A stretch of 64,000 bases of DNA from Gemmatimonadaceae bacterium (lineage in GTDB: Bacteria; Gemmatimonadota; Gemmatimonadetes; Gemmatimonadales; Gemmatimonadaceae), in the NCBI GenBank assembly GCA_045803545.1, contig JBJMOW010000005.1, positions 1,344,001-1,408,000 of the forward strand. Direction: 5' to 3'. The notes under the pieces were generated by a model, which saw only the letters and a list, made by a program, of their open reading frames with translations, was not told the origin of the DNA and ran no database searches. Of the stretch, positions 1 to 10,132 are shown in pieces. The translations under genes were made by a program, and so were the position numbers. Each line of letters starts with the position of its first letter. The first letter of the stretch is position 1.

Positions 1-2
1 CG

Positions 3-356
3 AAGTTCCAGCGGGTCGTCGATTTGTCCCACACGCCGAAGACCACCCGCAACCGGATGCAGTCGACATCGTGGAACGGCTATCGCTACATCGCGCCGAG
101 GCAGCCGGAGGAAGAGGCGGTGGCGCTTGTCGAGCCGGAGCCGGCAGCGCCTGCGATGTATCCGGATCCGGTGGAAGTCGTTTTGCCTGCGACGCCCGTA
201 ACACCGATGCCGGAATGGCGCGACGAGATACGGCGCAACGTCGAGCGCGAGGCTTATCGGCTGTTGCAGGATCGACAAATGCGCGACCTCCTCGAGCGCG
301 TGCGGGCGCAAGCACGACAAGATCAGCGGCTCAGGAGATGGCGGCGAGAGTTTTAG
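3..356 (+). CDS. hypothetical protein, 5' partial
   Basis: Frame is open from the window start (KFQRVVDLSHTPK...) to TAG at 354-356. Pro-rich linker followed by a charged helical tail; converges on the next gene. Confidence 0.6.
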   Translation, partial: KFQRVVDLSHTPKTTRNRMQSTSWNGYRYIAPRQPEEEAVALVEPEPAAPAMYPDPVEVVLPATPVTPMPEWRDEIRRNVEREAYRLLQDRQMRDLLERVRAQARQDQRLRRWRREF

Positions 357-362
357 TTTCTC

Positions 363-1991
363 TCAGCCCGTTGGTTGAACCAGTCGCATAAGCACGGTCA
401 CATCAGGATCGATAATCACATCGCGCACACGAGTGCCGCGTGGCGAGATCTGCACGCTGGTCTCACTCGTGGCTGCGACCGGAATCTTCATCGTGCGTCG
501 CGCACCGTCGCCGTCGACAATGAGGACGGGTAGCGTGAGCGCGAAGAATCCATAGCGGCCGACCTGTTTCACATTGAGCATGGTTCCACGCTGCGCATCG
601 TATGTCCAGGACACTGCCAGCTCGGCAAACCCGGGTCGACGCAGCCACTGATCGAAGAATCCGCGCAGATCTCTATGCGACACGTACTCCAGATTCCGAC
701 GCAAGTCATCGGTCAGCGCGTTCATGTCCTTGTGCGCGGCGTAGTAATCCTGTATTCCGCGAAAGAAAATCGAATCGCCGAGCTCCGTCCTCAGCATGTG
801 AAGGACGAATCCACCTTTCTGGTAGCTGTTCACGTTTAGCAGCTCCAGCAGATTTGGCTGAGTCGTATCGACGACGGGACGCGTTGGAACCGCAACCGTA
901 TCATTCAGAATGTCGGTGCGGATGCGCGACATCTCGGCGCGGAATGCGCTGTCGCCGTGGGCGTGTTGGGTATAAAGCGCAGCGAAGTAGGTAGCAAATC
1001 CTTCCGACAGCCAGACGTGGGACCACGCTCTCTCGGTGACGCCGTCTCCGAACCACTGGTGCGCAGTCTCGTGCGCGATGATGCTTTCCGGTACGCCGTT
1101 GCGATGGAAGAACCCATCGGCGTAAAAAATCGCCGTCGCATTTTCCATCCCGCCGAAGCGGGTTCGAGATTGCAGGTGAGCGAGCTTCTCATATGGGAAC
1201 GCGCCGATCGTCCTGGCGAAGAAGTCGACGATGTCCCCAGCGTGGCTGAACGCACCGGGCAGCATCTTCGCCTGCTCCGGCTCCGCATAGACGGTTTGGC
1301 GTACACAGCTCACGATTTCGGCGTGGCCGCACGCACTCTCGCCGAGGTCCATTTTCACGAGTGGCGCGGCAGCGATGACCATCAAGTATGGTGCGATGCG
1401 CTTCGACTCACGCCAGCGTGACACGACGCGTTGTCGCTGCGCCTGCGTCACGTTGTGCTCTTCGATCAGCGCGCCATTGGCGACAATGGTCTTTCCGATC
1501 GGTGCCGTGACCGTCCACGTCACGGTTGCCTTGGCGTCGGGCCGATCGATAGTCGGAAGCCAGTGGCGCGCGCGGGTCGGCCAGTTGTCGCCGAAATAAG
1601 TCCAGCGTCCAGCGCTGTCCTTGCTCGCGATCAGCCCGTCGGTGGGCGCACCGTCGTAGACCACGCGCACGGTAAATCGCTTTGGGATTCCAGCTGGAAT
1701 CGGAATCACGATCGCCGAGCCCGTGCGGCGGAATCTGACGCCGCTGTTTGACTCGAGGTCGACGCGCTGGACGTGGAGGCCGATCAGATCGAGCGTCAGG
1801 CTGTCGGCAGGCGCTCGTCGCACCAACGTTATGCGCGCGTCTCCGTGGATTGCTGCTCCCGAATCAGGCAGATCGATCGTGAACTGGTAGTCGAGCGGGA
1901 GGATTGCCGCCGAATCAGCCTGCGCGCCGAGGTCGACGGTGCACATCACGAGTGCGACCAAGACGAGGCGAGCTTTAAGAGATGGGATCAA
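363..1991 (-). CDS. M1 family zinc aminopeptidase, secreted
   Basis: Signal peptide, GGMEN exopeptidase motif, HETAH zinc motif with downstream WLSEGFATY, and YQKG. Confidence 0.93.
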   Translation of the reverse strand: MIPSLKARLVLVALVMCTVDLGAQADSAAILPLDYQFTIDLPDSGAAIHGDARITLVRRAPADSLTLDLIGLHVQRVDLESNSGVRFRRTGSAIVIPIPAGIPKRFTVRVVYDGAPTDGLIASKDSAGRWTYFGDNWPTRARHWLPTIDRPDAKATVTWTVTAPIGKTIVANGALIEEHNVTQAQRQRVVSRWRESKRIAPYLMVIAAAPLVKMDLGESACGHAEIVSCVRQTVYAEPEQAKMLPGAFSHAGDIVDFFARTIGAFPYEKLAHLQSRTRFGGMENATAIFYADGFFHRNGVPESIIAHETAHQWFGDGVTERAWSHVWLSEGFATYFAALYTQHAHGDSAFRAEMSRIRTDILNDTVAVPTRPVVDTTQPNLLELLNVNSYQKGGFVLHMLRTELGDSIFFRGIQDYYAAHKDMNALTDDLRRNLEYVSHRDLRGFFDQWLRRPGFAELAVSWTYDAQRGTMLNVKQVGRYGFFALTLPVLIVDGDGARRTMKIPVAATSETSVQISPRGTRVRDVIIDPDVTVLMRLVQPTG

Positions 1992-2089
1992 CGGAGCTCC
2001 GATAGTTGAACCGACAGCCGTCGTAATATGGCCCGGCGGTGGCCGGAAACATGCGTCTAGGGCGCGCTACCTTTCAGGGAGTTAACAGG

Positions 2090-2500
2090 ATGAGAAAGCT
2101 ACTGCTCGCGTGTGCGTCGGTCGCATTACTTGGCTGCGGCGGTGATTCCACTGGTCCGTCAGCAAGCGCTGTCGGCACATGGAATCTGCAGACGGTGAAC
2201 GGCTCGGGTCTGCCCTACACTGTGATCTTCGTCGCCTCACCGGTTTATCGACTCGAAATCCTCAGCGATCAGGTCCTTGTGAACGCCGACGGAACCTACG
2301 CCGAAACATCGAGCGTTCGCGAAACCAACGGCAGCACCGTCACGACGTCGACCGAACAGGACGATGGAACCTGGAGTCAACACGGAAATCAGGTCGACGT
2401 CACGTCGAATGCGGATGGCAGCGTGAGTACGGCGGTTATAAGCGGCGACAAGCTCACCCTGGCGGCACAGGGAGTAAACGCGGTCTACGTCCGGCAGTAG
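2090..2500 (+). CDS. lipoprotein, lipocalin-like domain
   Basis: ATG at 2090 downstream of GGGAG; lipobox LLGC; 'VGTWNL' and 'GTW' beta-barrel motifs. Confidence 0.75.
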   Translation: MRKLLLACASVALLGCGGDSTGPSASAVGTWNLQTVNGSGLPYTVIFVASPVYRLEILSDQVLVNADGTYAETSSVRETNGSTVTTSTEQDDGTWSQHGNQVDVTSNADGSVSTAVISGDKLTLAAQGVNAVYVRQ

Positions 2501-2515
2501 CAGCGCGGGTTCGCC

Positions 2516-3958
2516 TTACGGCACGCGCCAGATATTCAGAATGCCCGTAGTCCGATGGGAGTTCGAATCTCCTTCGGGAAGTGCGATGCGGCCGTCGGCA
2601 ATAATCGGAGTGTTCCAGTGGCCGTCTCCGGCTTCGAGCCGGCCGACCTGTCGTCCTGATTCCGGGTCATAGACACGGAGCCCACCACCGCGGTGATCGT
2701 AGACGTAAAGCAGTCCACCGGCGACAACCGGACTGGTGCCTGAGTTCCGGTTGTGCCATTTGTCCTGCAGACGTCCATTAGCAAAGGTCCACGCTGCGGT
2801 TCCGCCATTGTCGGCGGCGAAGATCCACGTTGTCGCGCCGCGCAACACCGCGGGCGATGTGAAGAGATCGTCGCCCGACGGAGTCGAGACGATTTGCGTC
2901 TCGCCGCCGCGTCGTCCGCCGTTTCGGGCACGTCCCCACTGCAACAGCCGAATGCGACCGTCCTTGCCCCCCTGAATTACGTAGCCGTTTCCGATCAACA
3001 CAGGCGACGTCGAGCCGAGATCGGCATCGCGTGAGTTGAGATCGTCGGTGTTGGTGGGTGTGTAGTTGTCGAGAACATTGGTGCCGGTGGAGTCGATGGA
3101 GACAGCGGCGTCGCCCCAATTGTTGCGCCCGTCGTAGCGAGCGTTGCCGGTCGCGATGTAGATGTCGCCCGTCGTCGTGTCGATGACCGCGCCGGTGCGA
3201 CCCCAGATCGCCGAGCCGCTTTGTTCACACGACGAAGGCTCGATCAGCTCGTGGCGATCGGCGCAGAGTGAGTTCCATACGTGAAGCAATCGGCCTGATG
3301 CTGCGTCGAGGATTGCCACGTGTCCCTGATACGGCGGCGCGTCGCCGATATAGCCGCCGGTCGTGGCAACGACTCGACCACGAAAGAAATTCAGCGATGA
3401 CGCGATTTTCTCCCGCTGTGCTAATAGGGTAATCGGAGTGCTCCACACTGGGCGTCCGTCTGCAACCGAAAGCTTTTGGATGTTGCCATCGGGTGATGCA
3501 GCGTAGATGAAATTGCCCGAAGGATCGGCGACGGGCGTGGCGGTAGTGATCTGGCGGGACCCTGCCCAGCGGTCGTAGTGCGGCGGCGTGTAGCGCCAGA
3601 GGATCGATCCATCGTTGGCGTCGATCGCGACGGTCTTACCGTATGTAGTCGTGACGAAGAACACGTCGCGATCCGCGCCGTTCACGCGGACGCCGTGCAA
3701 ATAAATCGGAGACGCGTCGACAGTACCATCGAGCTGCACCTGTTGTCGCCGCATCGAACCGATATTGGCAGCAGTGATGCCGGTTGCATCCGTTGAAGCG
3801 TTGGAGCGACCTGCATCCCAGCCGAACCGGCTCCAGTCGTGGGTGCCGGCGCGCCGTTGTACCGTCTTCGATTGATTCACGGCGTTGTCTTTCGAGTTGC
3901 TGGCCGGAACCGCGCCGCAGGCCCAGAGGGCGACTACTACAAGACCGCGATATTGCAT
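2516..3958 (-). CDS. PQQ-binding-like beta-propeller repeat lipoprotein
   Basis: Lipobox LWAC; repeated A-x-D-x-x-x-G-x-x-x-W blade motifs (AIDANDGSILW, LDAASGRLLHVW). Confidence 0.85.
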   Translation of the reverse strand: MQYRGLVVVALWACGAVPASNSKDNAVNQSKTVQRRAGTHDWSRFGWDAGRSNASTDATGITAANIGSMRRQQVQLDGTVDASPIYLHGVRVNGADRDVFFVTTTYGKTVAIDANDGSILWRYTPPHYDRWAGSRQITTATPVADPSGNFIYAASPDGNIQKLSVADGRPVWSTPITLLAQREKIASSLNFFRGRVVATTGGYIGDAPPYQGHVAILDAASGRLLHVWNSLCADRHELIEPSSCEQSGSAIWGRTGAVIDTTTGDIYIATGNARYDGRNNWGDAAVSIDSTGTNVLDNYTPTNTDDLNSRDADLGSTSPVLIGNGYVIQGGKDGRIRLLQWGRARNGGRRGGETQIVSTPSGDDLFTSPAVLRGATTWIFAADNGGTAAWTFANGRLQDKWHNRNSGTSPVVAGGLLYVYDHRGGGLRVYDPESGRQVGRLEAGDGHWNTPIIADGRIALPEGDSNSHRTTGILNIWRVP

Positions 3959-4016
3959 TCGCACCGCCGAAAATGTCCGCCAATATGATACCGGCGCGCG
4001 CGCCAGGGTTGAAAGC

Positions 4017-5573
4017 CTAGGTCGAGGCTTTCAGATGATCGGCGAGGCGCAGGCTCAGGGCGACGAGGGTAAGGGTGGGATTGACCGCACCCGCAGTGGG
4101 ATAGACTGCCGCGCCGCCAATATAGAGATTGCTGATCCCATGCACTCTGCAATCAGGATCCGTCACGCTTTGCTTCGGATCAGTCCCCATCCGCAAAGTC
4201 CCCATGTGGTGCCAGCCGCCACTGATGAAACTCGGCCACGTCTTGTCGTCGCTCAGCAGCCAGTCTTTGATCTGAACGCGACCAGTGTCGGTGCGGCCCA
4301 TCTCGCGGCCGAGCAGATGGTAGAAGGTGCGCATGGTGTGCTTGTCCAAATCCGTTACGCGCCAATCGAGCTTTGCACGCGGCATTCCCAGCGCGTCCTT
4401 CTCAGTACTCAGCGTCACGCGTGAATCGGGATTGGGCGCCTGCTCCTGGCGGGTAGTTAGATGAAAAAAGCGCTGCGGACCCTTGGTCCGTGGCGCTGAG
4501 CTCGCTGCTTTGATCGCTATTGGCGGGGGGCCTTTTCGTCCGCCGTTTTCCCACGCACGCTCCTGATTCATTAGCACGGTATCGATGAACTGGAAGGTGC
4601 TTTGAACCGGATCACCGTAATTCCCTGCCTCGACCGAGCAGGTGCCGTGGAGAATTCGCTGCTCGCGCTGCGCCATCGGCGTCACTGCCAACTCTCCGCG
4701 AGGTGTGCCTCCAAGGCCGACAAACTCGTAGAGCTTGGTCCCGGTCGACTCGGGCCTGGTGAGCGCCAGCTCGCCCGACGGCATCTCGAAGTGCTCCATG
4801 AAATAGCGGCCAACGAGGTCGTTATCGTTGCCCAAACCCGCTTTTGCCTGCCGATTGGACGCGAGTAGCAGTCGCGCGTTCTGGATGGTGTGGCAGCAGA
4901 GTATGAAGCGTTTTGCCCGCGCCCGATATTCCTTGCCGTCGAAGGAGCGTATCCGCACTGACTGAACAGCATGCACGCTCTCGTTCGCTTCGACTTCGAC
5001 GACGTTGGCATTGGTGTACAGGTGCACGTTCGGCGAGCTCACGATCTCGGCGCGATACTTCTGGCCCATTCGAGTAGGCGGACTGAATTGCCACATCTTC
5101 GTCCACATTAGTTTCGAATCGCCGAGCAGCGGCACGCGCTCTGAATCGCCGTTTTTCCAGTCGGCAGCGCCCCACTTATTTGGAACGAGGTCCAGAATCG
5201 GTGCTGCGCGGGTGTAGTATGGATCCAGATCGGCGCGCGAGATCGGCCAGCCGCTGTGGGGAACCCAATCGCGTTTCTCGAAATCGATTGGCTCGTATGT
5301 CGAGCACCAGCCTGCCCAGTGATTGGTGGTGCCGCCGAAGTAGTGCAGCGCCGCTGCCTGGAGCGGGAAGTACGGCTGCCCCACGATATCGCCGCGATAA
5401 AGATCCTGCATTTTCGGATCGAACTCGAAGCCGCCACCTTCGAGCAGAATCACATTCAGGCCTGCATGATTCAGCTCACGCGCGATGGTGATTCCGGACG
5501 CTCCCGCGCCTACGATGCAGACGTCGCCCTCGAGGACCGCTCCGTTGGGAAGTGTTCTCGCGTCGGTGTGCAC
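4017..5573 (-). CDS. GMC family FAD-dependent oxidoreductase
   Basis: DVCIVGAGASG FAD motif, LGRYFMEH-like segment, HHMGTLRMG catalytic His, NPTLT. Confidence 0.92.
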   Translation of the reverse strand: MHTDARTLPNGAVLEGDVCIVGAGASGITIARELNHAGLNVILLEGGGFEFDPKMQDLYRGDIVGQPYFPLQAAALHYFGGTTNHWAGWCSTYEPIDFEKRDWVPHSGWPISRADLDPYYTRAAPILDLVPNKWGAADWKNGDSERVPLLGDSKLMWTKMWQFSPPTRMGQKYRAEIVSSPNVHLYTNANVVEVEANESVHAVQSVRIRSFDGKEYRARAKRFILCCHTIQNARLLLASNRQAKAGLGNDNDLVGRYFMEHFEMPSGELALTRPESTGTKLYEFVGLGGTPRGELAVTPMAQREQRILHGTCSVEAGNYGDPVQSTFQFIDTVLMNQERAWENGGRKGPPPIAIKAASSAPRTKGPQRFFHLTTRQEQAPNPDSRVTLSTEKDALGMPRAKLDWRVTDLDKHTMRTFYHLLGREMGRTDTGRVQIKDWLLSDDKTWPSFISGGWHHMGTLRMGTDPKQSVTDPDCRVHGISNLYIGGAAVYPTAGAVNPTLTLVALSLRLADHLKAST

Positions 5574-5574
5574 C

Positions 5575-5937
5575 TTACGCGCGACTGAGCGAGAAGAGCG
5601 CTGCCTGCCTGGCTTCCGTCAGAGAGAGCACCCAACCATCGACGATCACTACGCGTCCGTTCGCGAAGTCTTCTTCGATCATGTTGTCGAGCGATGCGCC
5701 AAATACAGGTTTGCGATCTCCCGATATGGCTGCTCGCAACGCGTCTGCGGTGCTCTCCGCGGGTGCCTGGGCGCGATAACGCGCGCCCAGCTCGCGCACG
5801 CGATCGGCTCCAAGCATCGCGATCAGGGATGGTTGGTCGAGCGGGCGATCGCGCTGGGTCGAGCATCCGATGTCGGCCAGGGTGCCAAGAATCCCCAGCG
5901 CACTCAGCTCAAGAAAATGCCGCCTATCAAGATTCAT
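5575..5937 (-). CDS. small Tat-signal protein, probable GMC partner subunit
   Basis: DRRHFL twin-arginine motif; C-terminal DFANGRVVIVDGWVLSLTE; stop is 1 bp upstream of the GMC start. Confidence 0.75.
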   Translation of the reverse strand: MNLDRRHFLELSALGILGTLADIGCSTQRDRPLDQPSLIAMLGADRVRELGARYRAQAPAESTADALRAAISGDRKPVFGASLDNMIEEDFANGRVVIVDGWVLSLTEARQAALFSLSRA

Positions 5938-6057
5938 CGCACACTTCCCGTTTCGGGTTCAGTTAGAGCTCGAAGAAGAATTGAACAATCGGCGGACGCC
6001 GCGTCCAGACAGGATGCCTCCCTGGTCCCGACCTTCGATGTCCGTGGTGGCGCAACG

Positions 6058-6444
6058 TTACGGATTTCGAATGTAGTAGTAGACGAGCCCGAGAAAGCCA
6101 CCCACGACTAGTCCACCCCCGACGTCACGCGCGATGCCGATGGTCGGCAACGCCATCCACTCTCCGCCGTGCTTGAGACCTTCTGAGATTTCGTACGCAA
6201 ACAACCCTGCCCCGGCCAAACCACCCAGGACTGCTCCAAAAACTACGTATGGGGCTCGACTTGGTCCGTCTACCGCGATCTTCCTTACCGTGTCTCGTCG
6301 AACAGTGTCGATGCCGCCCGTTTTACTGGTTCTTGATTGGATCCCGGTTGGATGCACGAACGCGATCGAAGTCTGCTGGCCTCGAGCGTTGTCGGGTGTT
6401 CCCACTACGCCCACCAGACCAAGGATGAGAAGCAATTTTTTCAC
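6058..6444 (-). CDS. hypothetical membrane protein with glycine-zipper hairpin
   Basis: GTG start MKKLLLILGLVG signal; two Gly-rich hydrophobic helices at the C-terminus. Confidence 0.6.
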   Translation of the reverse strand: MKKLLLILGLVGVVGTPDNARGQQTSIAFVHPTGIQSRTSKTGGIDTVRRDTVRKIAVDGPSRAPYVVFGAVLGGLAGAGLFAYEISEGLKHGGEWMALPTIGIARDVGGGLVVGGFLGLVYYYIRNP

Positions 6445-6561
6445 GGCCGCACATTGTGCTTGTGCAAACCGCGCGGCCATACGTATGCTGACGTAGACTT
6501 CCACGCCTGGTAGTAGACTCACTCAAGGCCTGTTGAATCCGACGTGATGCTAGCCCGCGGA

Positions 6562-7944
6562 ATGATTAGACGAACTCTTGCGATCGCGCTGATCGCCGCG
6601 GCACCCCTTGGCGCCCAGACCAATTCAGCGCCGGCGAATAAAGGAATGGCGCAGATTGTCGGTGCGGTTCTCGACAGCGTCAATGGCGGACTCCTCTCAG
6701 GCGCCACTGTGATCCTTCAGGGAGCGCAAAGGACCATCGAGACTGACTCCGCCGGCCGTTTCAAGTTCGATAGCGTACCGCCCGGCACCTACCAGCTCGG
6801 CGTTTTTCATCCGGTCCTCGACGCACTCGACATCTCGATCGCCACCAGACCATTTCACGCCGCCGCGGACAGCGCGAACGTGGTGATTCTCTCGGTGCCG
6901 TCGCCAGCGACTATCGTGCACAGTCGTTGCGGAAATCTGGCAAGCCAGGCTGGATCATCGGCGATCCTCGGCCATGTCAGCGATCCCGAAACGCTGCAGC
7001 CAGTCGCCGGGGCGGAAGTCTCGGTCGCCTGGAGCGAAGTCGAGGTTTCCAAGTCGGTTGGCATCCGCAACACCCCGCACTTGTTGAGCGACACCACCGA
7101 CACCAACGGCGCTTACCAACTATGCGGCCTGCCCAGCTCGCTCGAGGCGACTCTCAAGGCGCGGCGCGGGGCCGCGGTCACCGGCGAGATACCGGTCTCA
7201 CTCGGCGGTCGCGCGATCGAAGTTCAGGGACGAAGCCTGTTGTTGTCGAAGGATGATTCGACTACCAGGACTGGAAGTGCGACTGCCTCCGGTGTCGTTA
7301 TCCTCGAGGGAAATCCACCGGAAATGATCAGTCGCGTGGAAGTCGAGGGTACCAACATCGCAGCCGTGACGAATGCAAAGGGAGAATTCACGCTGCGCAA
7401 TCTTCCCGCCGGTACCCGCAACATCATCGCGCGTCACCTTGGATACGCCGTTCAGACAGCGACCGTCGATCTCAATTCGCGTGAACAAGAGCACGTGACC
7501 ATCAAGCTGCCCAGGTATGTCGCAGTGATGGATCCGGTGCTGGTGACCGCGCGTCGCAACGTGGCGCTCGACAAAGTCGGCTTCAACATGCGCAAGAAGT
7601 CAGCGTTCGGATATTTCCTCGATGCAGATCGGATCTCGAAGATGCATCCGTTCTACGTGTCGGATATCCTGCGTCAGGTGCCGGGACTGCGCGTCGGGTA
7701 CGGTCCGCGCGGCGAGCCAGTCGTAACGAGCACACGCGATATACGAGGGTCGTGCGTCGACTACTGGGTGGATGACGTTCCCTTCGTGGAAATCGAGCCG
7801 GGTGAAATCAACAACTTCGTCAATGGCGGCGAGGTAGTGGCCGCCGAGGTTTATCAGAGCGGTACGGCTCCCGCGCAGTACGTCAGAAACGGTGGCAGCT
7901 GCACCACAATAGTCCTTTGGACTCGGTTCCGAATTCGTGGTTAG
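6562..7944 (+). CDS. carboxypeptidase regulatory-like domain protein with C-terminal TonB plug-like domain
   Basis: Signal peptide; three TD-x-x-G-x-F/Y beta-sandwich repeats; C-terminal SDILRQVPGL...VDD...EVY...IVLWTR plug motif; no barrel. Confidence 0.8.
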   Translation: MIRRTLAIALIAAAPLGAQTNSAPANKGMAQIVGAVLDSVNGGLLSGATVILQGAQRTIETDSAGRFKFDSVPPGTYQLGVFHPVLDALDISIATRPFHAAADSANVVILSVPSPATIVHSRCGNLASQAGSSAILGHVSDPETLQPVAGAEVSVAWSEVEVSKSVGIRNTPHLLSDTTDTNGAYQLCGLPSSLEATLKARRGAAVTGEIPVSLGGRAIEVQGRSLLLSKDDSTTRTGSATASGVVILEGNPPEMISRVEVEGTNIAAVTNAKGEFTLRNLPAGTRNIIARHLGYAVQTATVDLNSREQEHVTIKLPRYVAVMDPVLVTARRNVALDKVGFNMRKKSAFGYFLDADRISKMHPFYVSDILRQVPGLRVGYGPRGEPVVTSTRDIRGSCVDYWVDDVPFVEIEPGEINNFVNGGEVVAAEVYQSGTAPAQYVRNGGSCTTIVLWTRFRIRG

Positions 7945-8011
7945 CGCGTGTCGTCGTTGTTAATGCCGGCGATTTCGAGCGACAGACAGACGACGGCCGG
8001 AGTGAATTTCA

Positions 8012-8545
8012 TCATCGTGTACTGAGTGTGCGTCGCATCACGAGCCGGCGAGTGGCATCGAGCCCGCGAGCGGTTTCAGCTTCGAAAACCCTGCGCACCG
8101 CCCGCGACCACTCTTCGGGCGGAACTTCCTCGAAGCCCAGTCGCATGTAGAAGGGCATGTTCCACGAGACGTCGCGGGAGGTATTCAGCGTGACCGCACC
8201 GTAACCCTGGCGCGCGGCCCACCTGCAGACCGTCATCACCAGGCTGCTCCCCAAACCGTGTCGCATGTGATCGGTGTGCACATCCAGCTCGTCGAGGTGT
8301 GCTGAGCCGGACTCGATCAGATCCACGAGCGCAAAACCCACGGGAACGTCGTCAGCGAGCGCGACCCAGAGCAGGCCGTTGCGCTGGCCGCGACGAAGCG
8401 ATTCCTCGCTCGTCGTTTGAGTAAGCAATGACTCCGATGCGTAGCCCTCGAAGAGTCTGGCAGCGGCGAGCTCGATGCCCGGCAGATATGACATGTCAGA
8501 AGGACGAGCCAGGGCAATCGTATAAGAAAGAGTTTCCGTGGACAT
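8012..8545 (-). CDS. GNAT family N-acetyltransferase
   Basis: LDELDVH..HMRHGLG acetyl-CoA motif; WNMPFYMRLGF. Confidence 0.88.
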   Translation of the reverse strand: MSTETLSYTIALARPSDMSYLPGIELAAARLFEGYASESLLTQTTSEESLRRGQRNGLLWVALADDVPVGFALVDLIESGSAHLDELDVHTDHMRHGLGSSLVMTVCRWAARQGYGAVTLNTSRDVSWNMPFYMRLGFEEVPPEEWSRAVRRVFEAETARGLDATRRLVMRRTLSTR

Positions 8546-8579
8546 GCTTTGGAAACTCCACATCCCGCCCTACAGTTCC

Positions 8580-8858
8580 CTACTGATCCGCCTTCGCGCG
8601 CCAACGGCGGAAATGCGCAGTCAACGTGTTGAGATCCTTCTCGGAAATCGATTCTTCAGGCAGACAGCCGAGGGCCGCGATTGTCTGCCGCATCTGTTCG
8701 ACGTACGTGACGCACGGAGGGCAGCCGGTGAGATGGCGATCGAAGCGCGCACGCAGCTCCGATGTGAGCGCATCTTCGAGATAGTCGGTCACCAACTCGA
8801 CCATCTCCTTGCATGTGAGTCCACCGAGGTCGGGCATCGTCGTCGAAATATCGGTCAT
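8580..8858 (-). CDS. zf-HC2 zinc-binding anti-sigma factor
   Basis: C...H-x3-C-x2-C (LTCKE...HLTGCPPC); ATGA overlap with the upstream sigma gene. Confidence 0.9.
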   Translation of the reverse strand: MTDISTTMPDLGGLTCKEMVELVTDYLEDALTSELRARFDRHLTGCPPCVTYVEQMRQTIAALGCLPEESISEKDLNTLTAHFRRWRAKADQ

Positions 8859-9559
8859 TTGAAATGCCTCTCCAGCAACGCTCGGACACGGCTGCGCGCG
8901 CGGTGCAGGAGTACTCTTTGATTGGTCTCGCTGATTATTAGAACGTTACAAACATCCTCGGTAGGCCAGCCTTCGACGTCGCGCAGTGTGATCACCTGCT
9001 GCTGCGCCGGCGGCAGGGTCGAGATCGCCTGCTGAATCAGCTCCATTATTTCGCCTCCCAGCAATCTCGCGTCGGATGACTCGCCCCAGGATTGGGGCGG
9101 GACCGCCCAATTATTCGCCCACTGGTCGTCCGCACCGCGGAATCTCTCCGGAGACACCGCCGGCTCGCCCGGCGCTTCAGCCTCTTCGTTGAGTGTAGAG
9201 AAAGAACCGGCACGGCCTTCCTGCGCCGCACGAGTTCGAGCGCGATTGACGAGAATCTGAAACAGCCACGTCTTGAACGTAGCGCGCTCCTCGAATTTCC
9301 CGATCCCGCGAATCACGCCGAGCCACGTGTCCTGCACGATCTCCTCGGCGACAGCGAGGTTGCGACAGTAGACGATAGCAAGCCGCAGTAACGGCGGCTG
9401 GTAACGTTGCAACAGTGCAACGAATGCCCGCTCCTCGCCGCGTTTGAGTCCGGCGACGATATCAGCGTCCTTGTCCACGCGCGATGTCCCCAGCGGCATC
9501 GATAACGAAGCCAATTCCGATTCGGCTGTAACAACTGACGGACTTCGTGGACTAAGCAT
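8855..9559 (-). CDS. ECF sigma-70 factor (start may be 9499)
   Basis: Region 2 AEEIVQDTW...FKTWLFQI; region 4 LRDVEG...NQRVLLHRARSR. Confidence 0.92.
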   Translation of the reverse strand: MLSPRSPSVVTAESELASLSMPLGTSRVDKDADIVAGLKRGEERAFVALLQRYQPPLLRLAIVYCRNLAVAEEIVQDTWLGVIRGIGKFEERATFKTWLFQILVNRARTRAAQEGRAGSFSTLNEEAEAPGEPAVSPERFRGADDQWANNWAVPPQSWGESSDARLLGGEIMELIQQAISTLPPAQQQVITLRDVEGWPTEDVCNVLIISETNQRVLLHRARSRVRALLERHFK

Positions 9560-9603
9560 CAGGAAATCTCACACACGACAAACAATTGGAACGGAGGAGT
9601 TCC

Positions 9604-10122
9604 ATGCGGCGCTCTGAAGACATCTACTATAGCACAGGAATCGGAATCTCGCGCTACGGCCTGGTTGGCCTGCTATTGCTGTGGGGCAGCTTCAAGTTCT
9701 TCTCCTTCGAGGCGATGGCGATCCAACCCCTTGTTGGGAACAGCCCGTTCTTCAGCTGGATGCTGCCGGTTTTCGGCTTGCGCGGCACCTCGAACATCAT
9801 CGGCATCGTCGAGGCGAGCACGGGACTTCTCATCGCTACGCGTCATTGGCTCCCACGTATCTCGGCGTACGGCTCGCTGTCAGCGAGCGTGATCTTCGCC
9901 ATCACGCTGTCCTTTCTGGTGACGACACCAGGCGCATTTGCCGCCAACAGTCCATGGAGCGGCTTTTTGCTCAAGGACATCCTGTTTCTCGGTGGCGCGC
10001 TGGTCACTGCCGGCGAGGCGATGATAGCTGCGCGCGCTGTTGATCTGGCGCTGACGATGCCGGAGACGACGCATCGAGCGCCGTCGATCCAGGAACTAAA
10101 GAAGCGCGCCGCAGGTTCATAG
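9604..10122 (+). CDS. DUF417/YkgB (RclC-like) membrane protein
   Basis: GGAGGAG RBS; RYGLV..W.G..KF..FEA.AI.PLV.NSP, LSFLVTTPG and FLLKD motifs. Confidence 0.85.
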   Translation: MRRSEDIYYSTGIGISRYGLVGLLLLWGSFKFFSFEAMAIQPLVGNSPFFSWMLPVFGLRGTSNIIGIVEASTGLLIATRHWLPRISAYGSLSASVIFAITLSFLVTTPGAFAANSPWSGFLLKDILFLGGALVTAGEAMIAARAVDLALTMPETTHRAPSIQELKKRAAGS

Positions 10123-10132
10123 GTCGCGGCCG

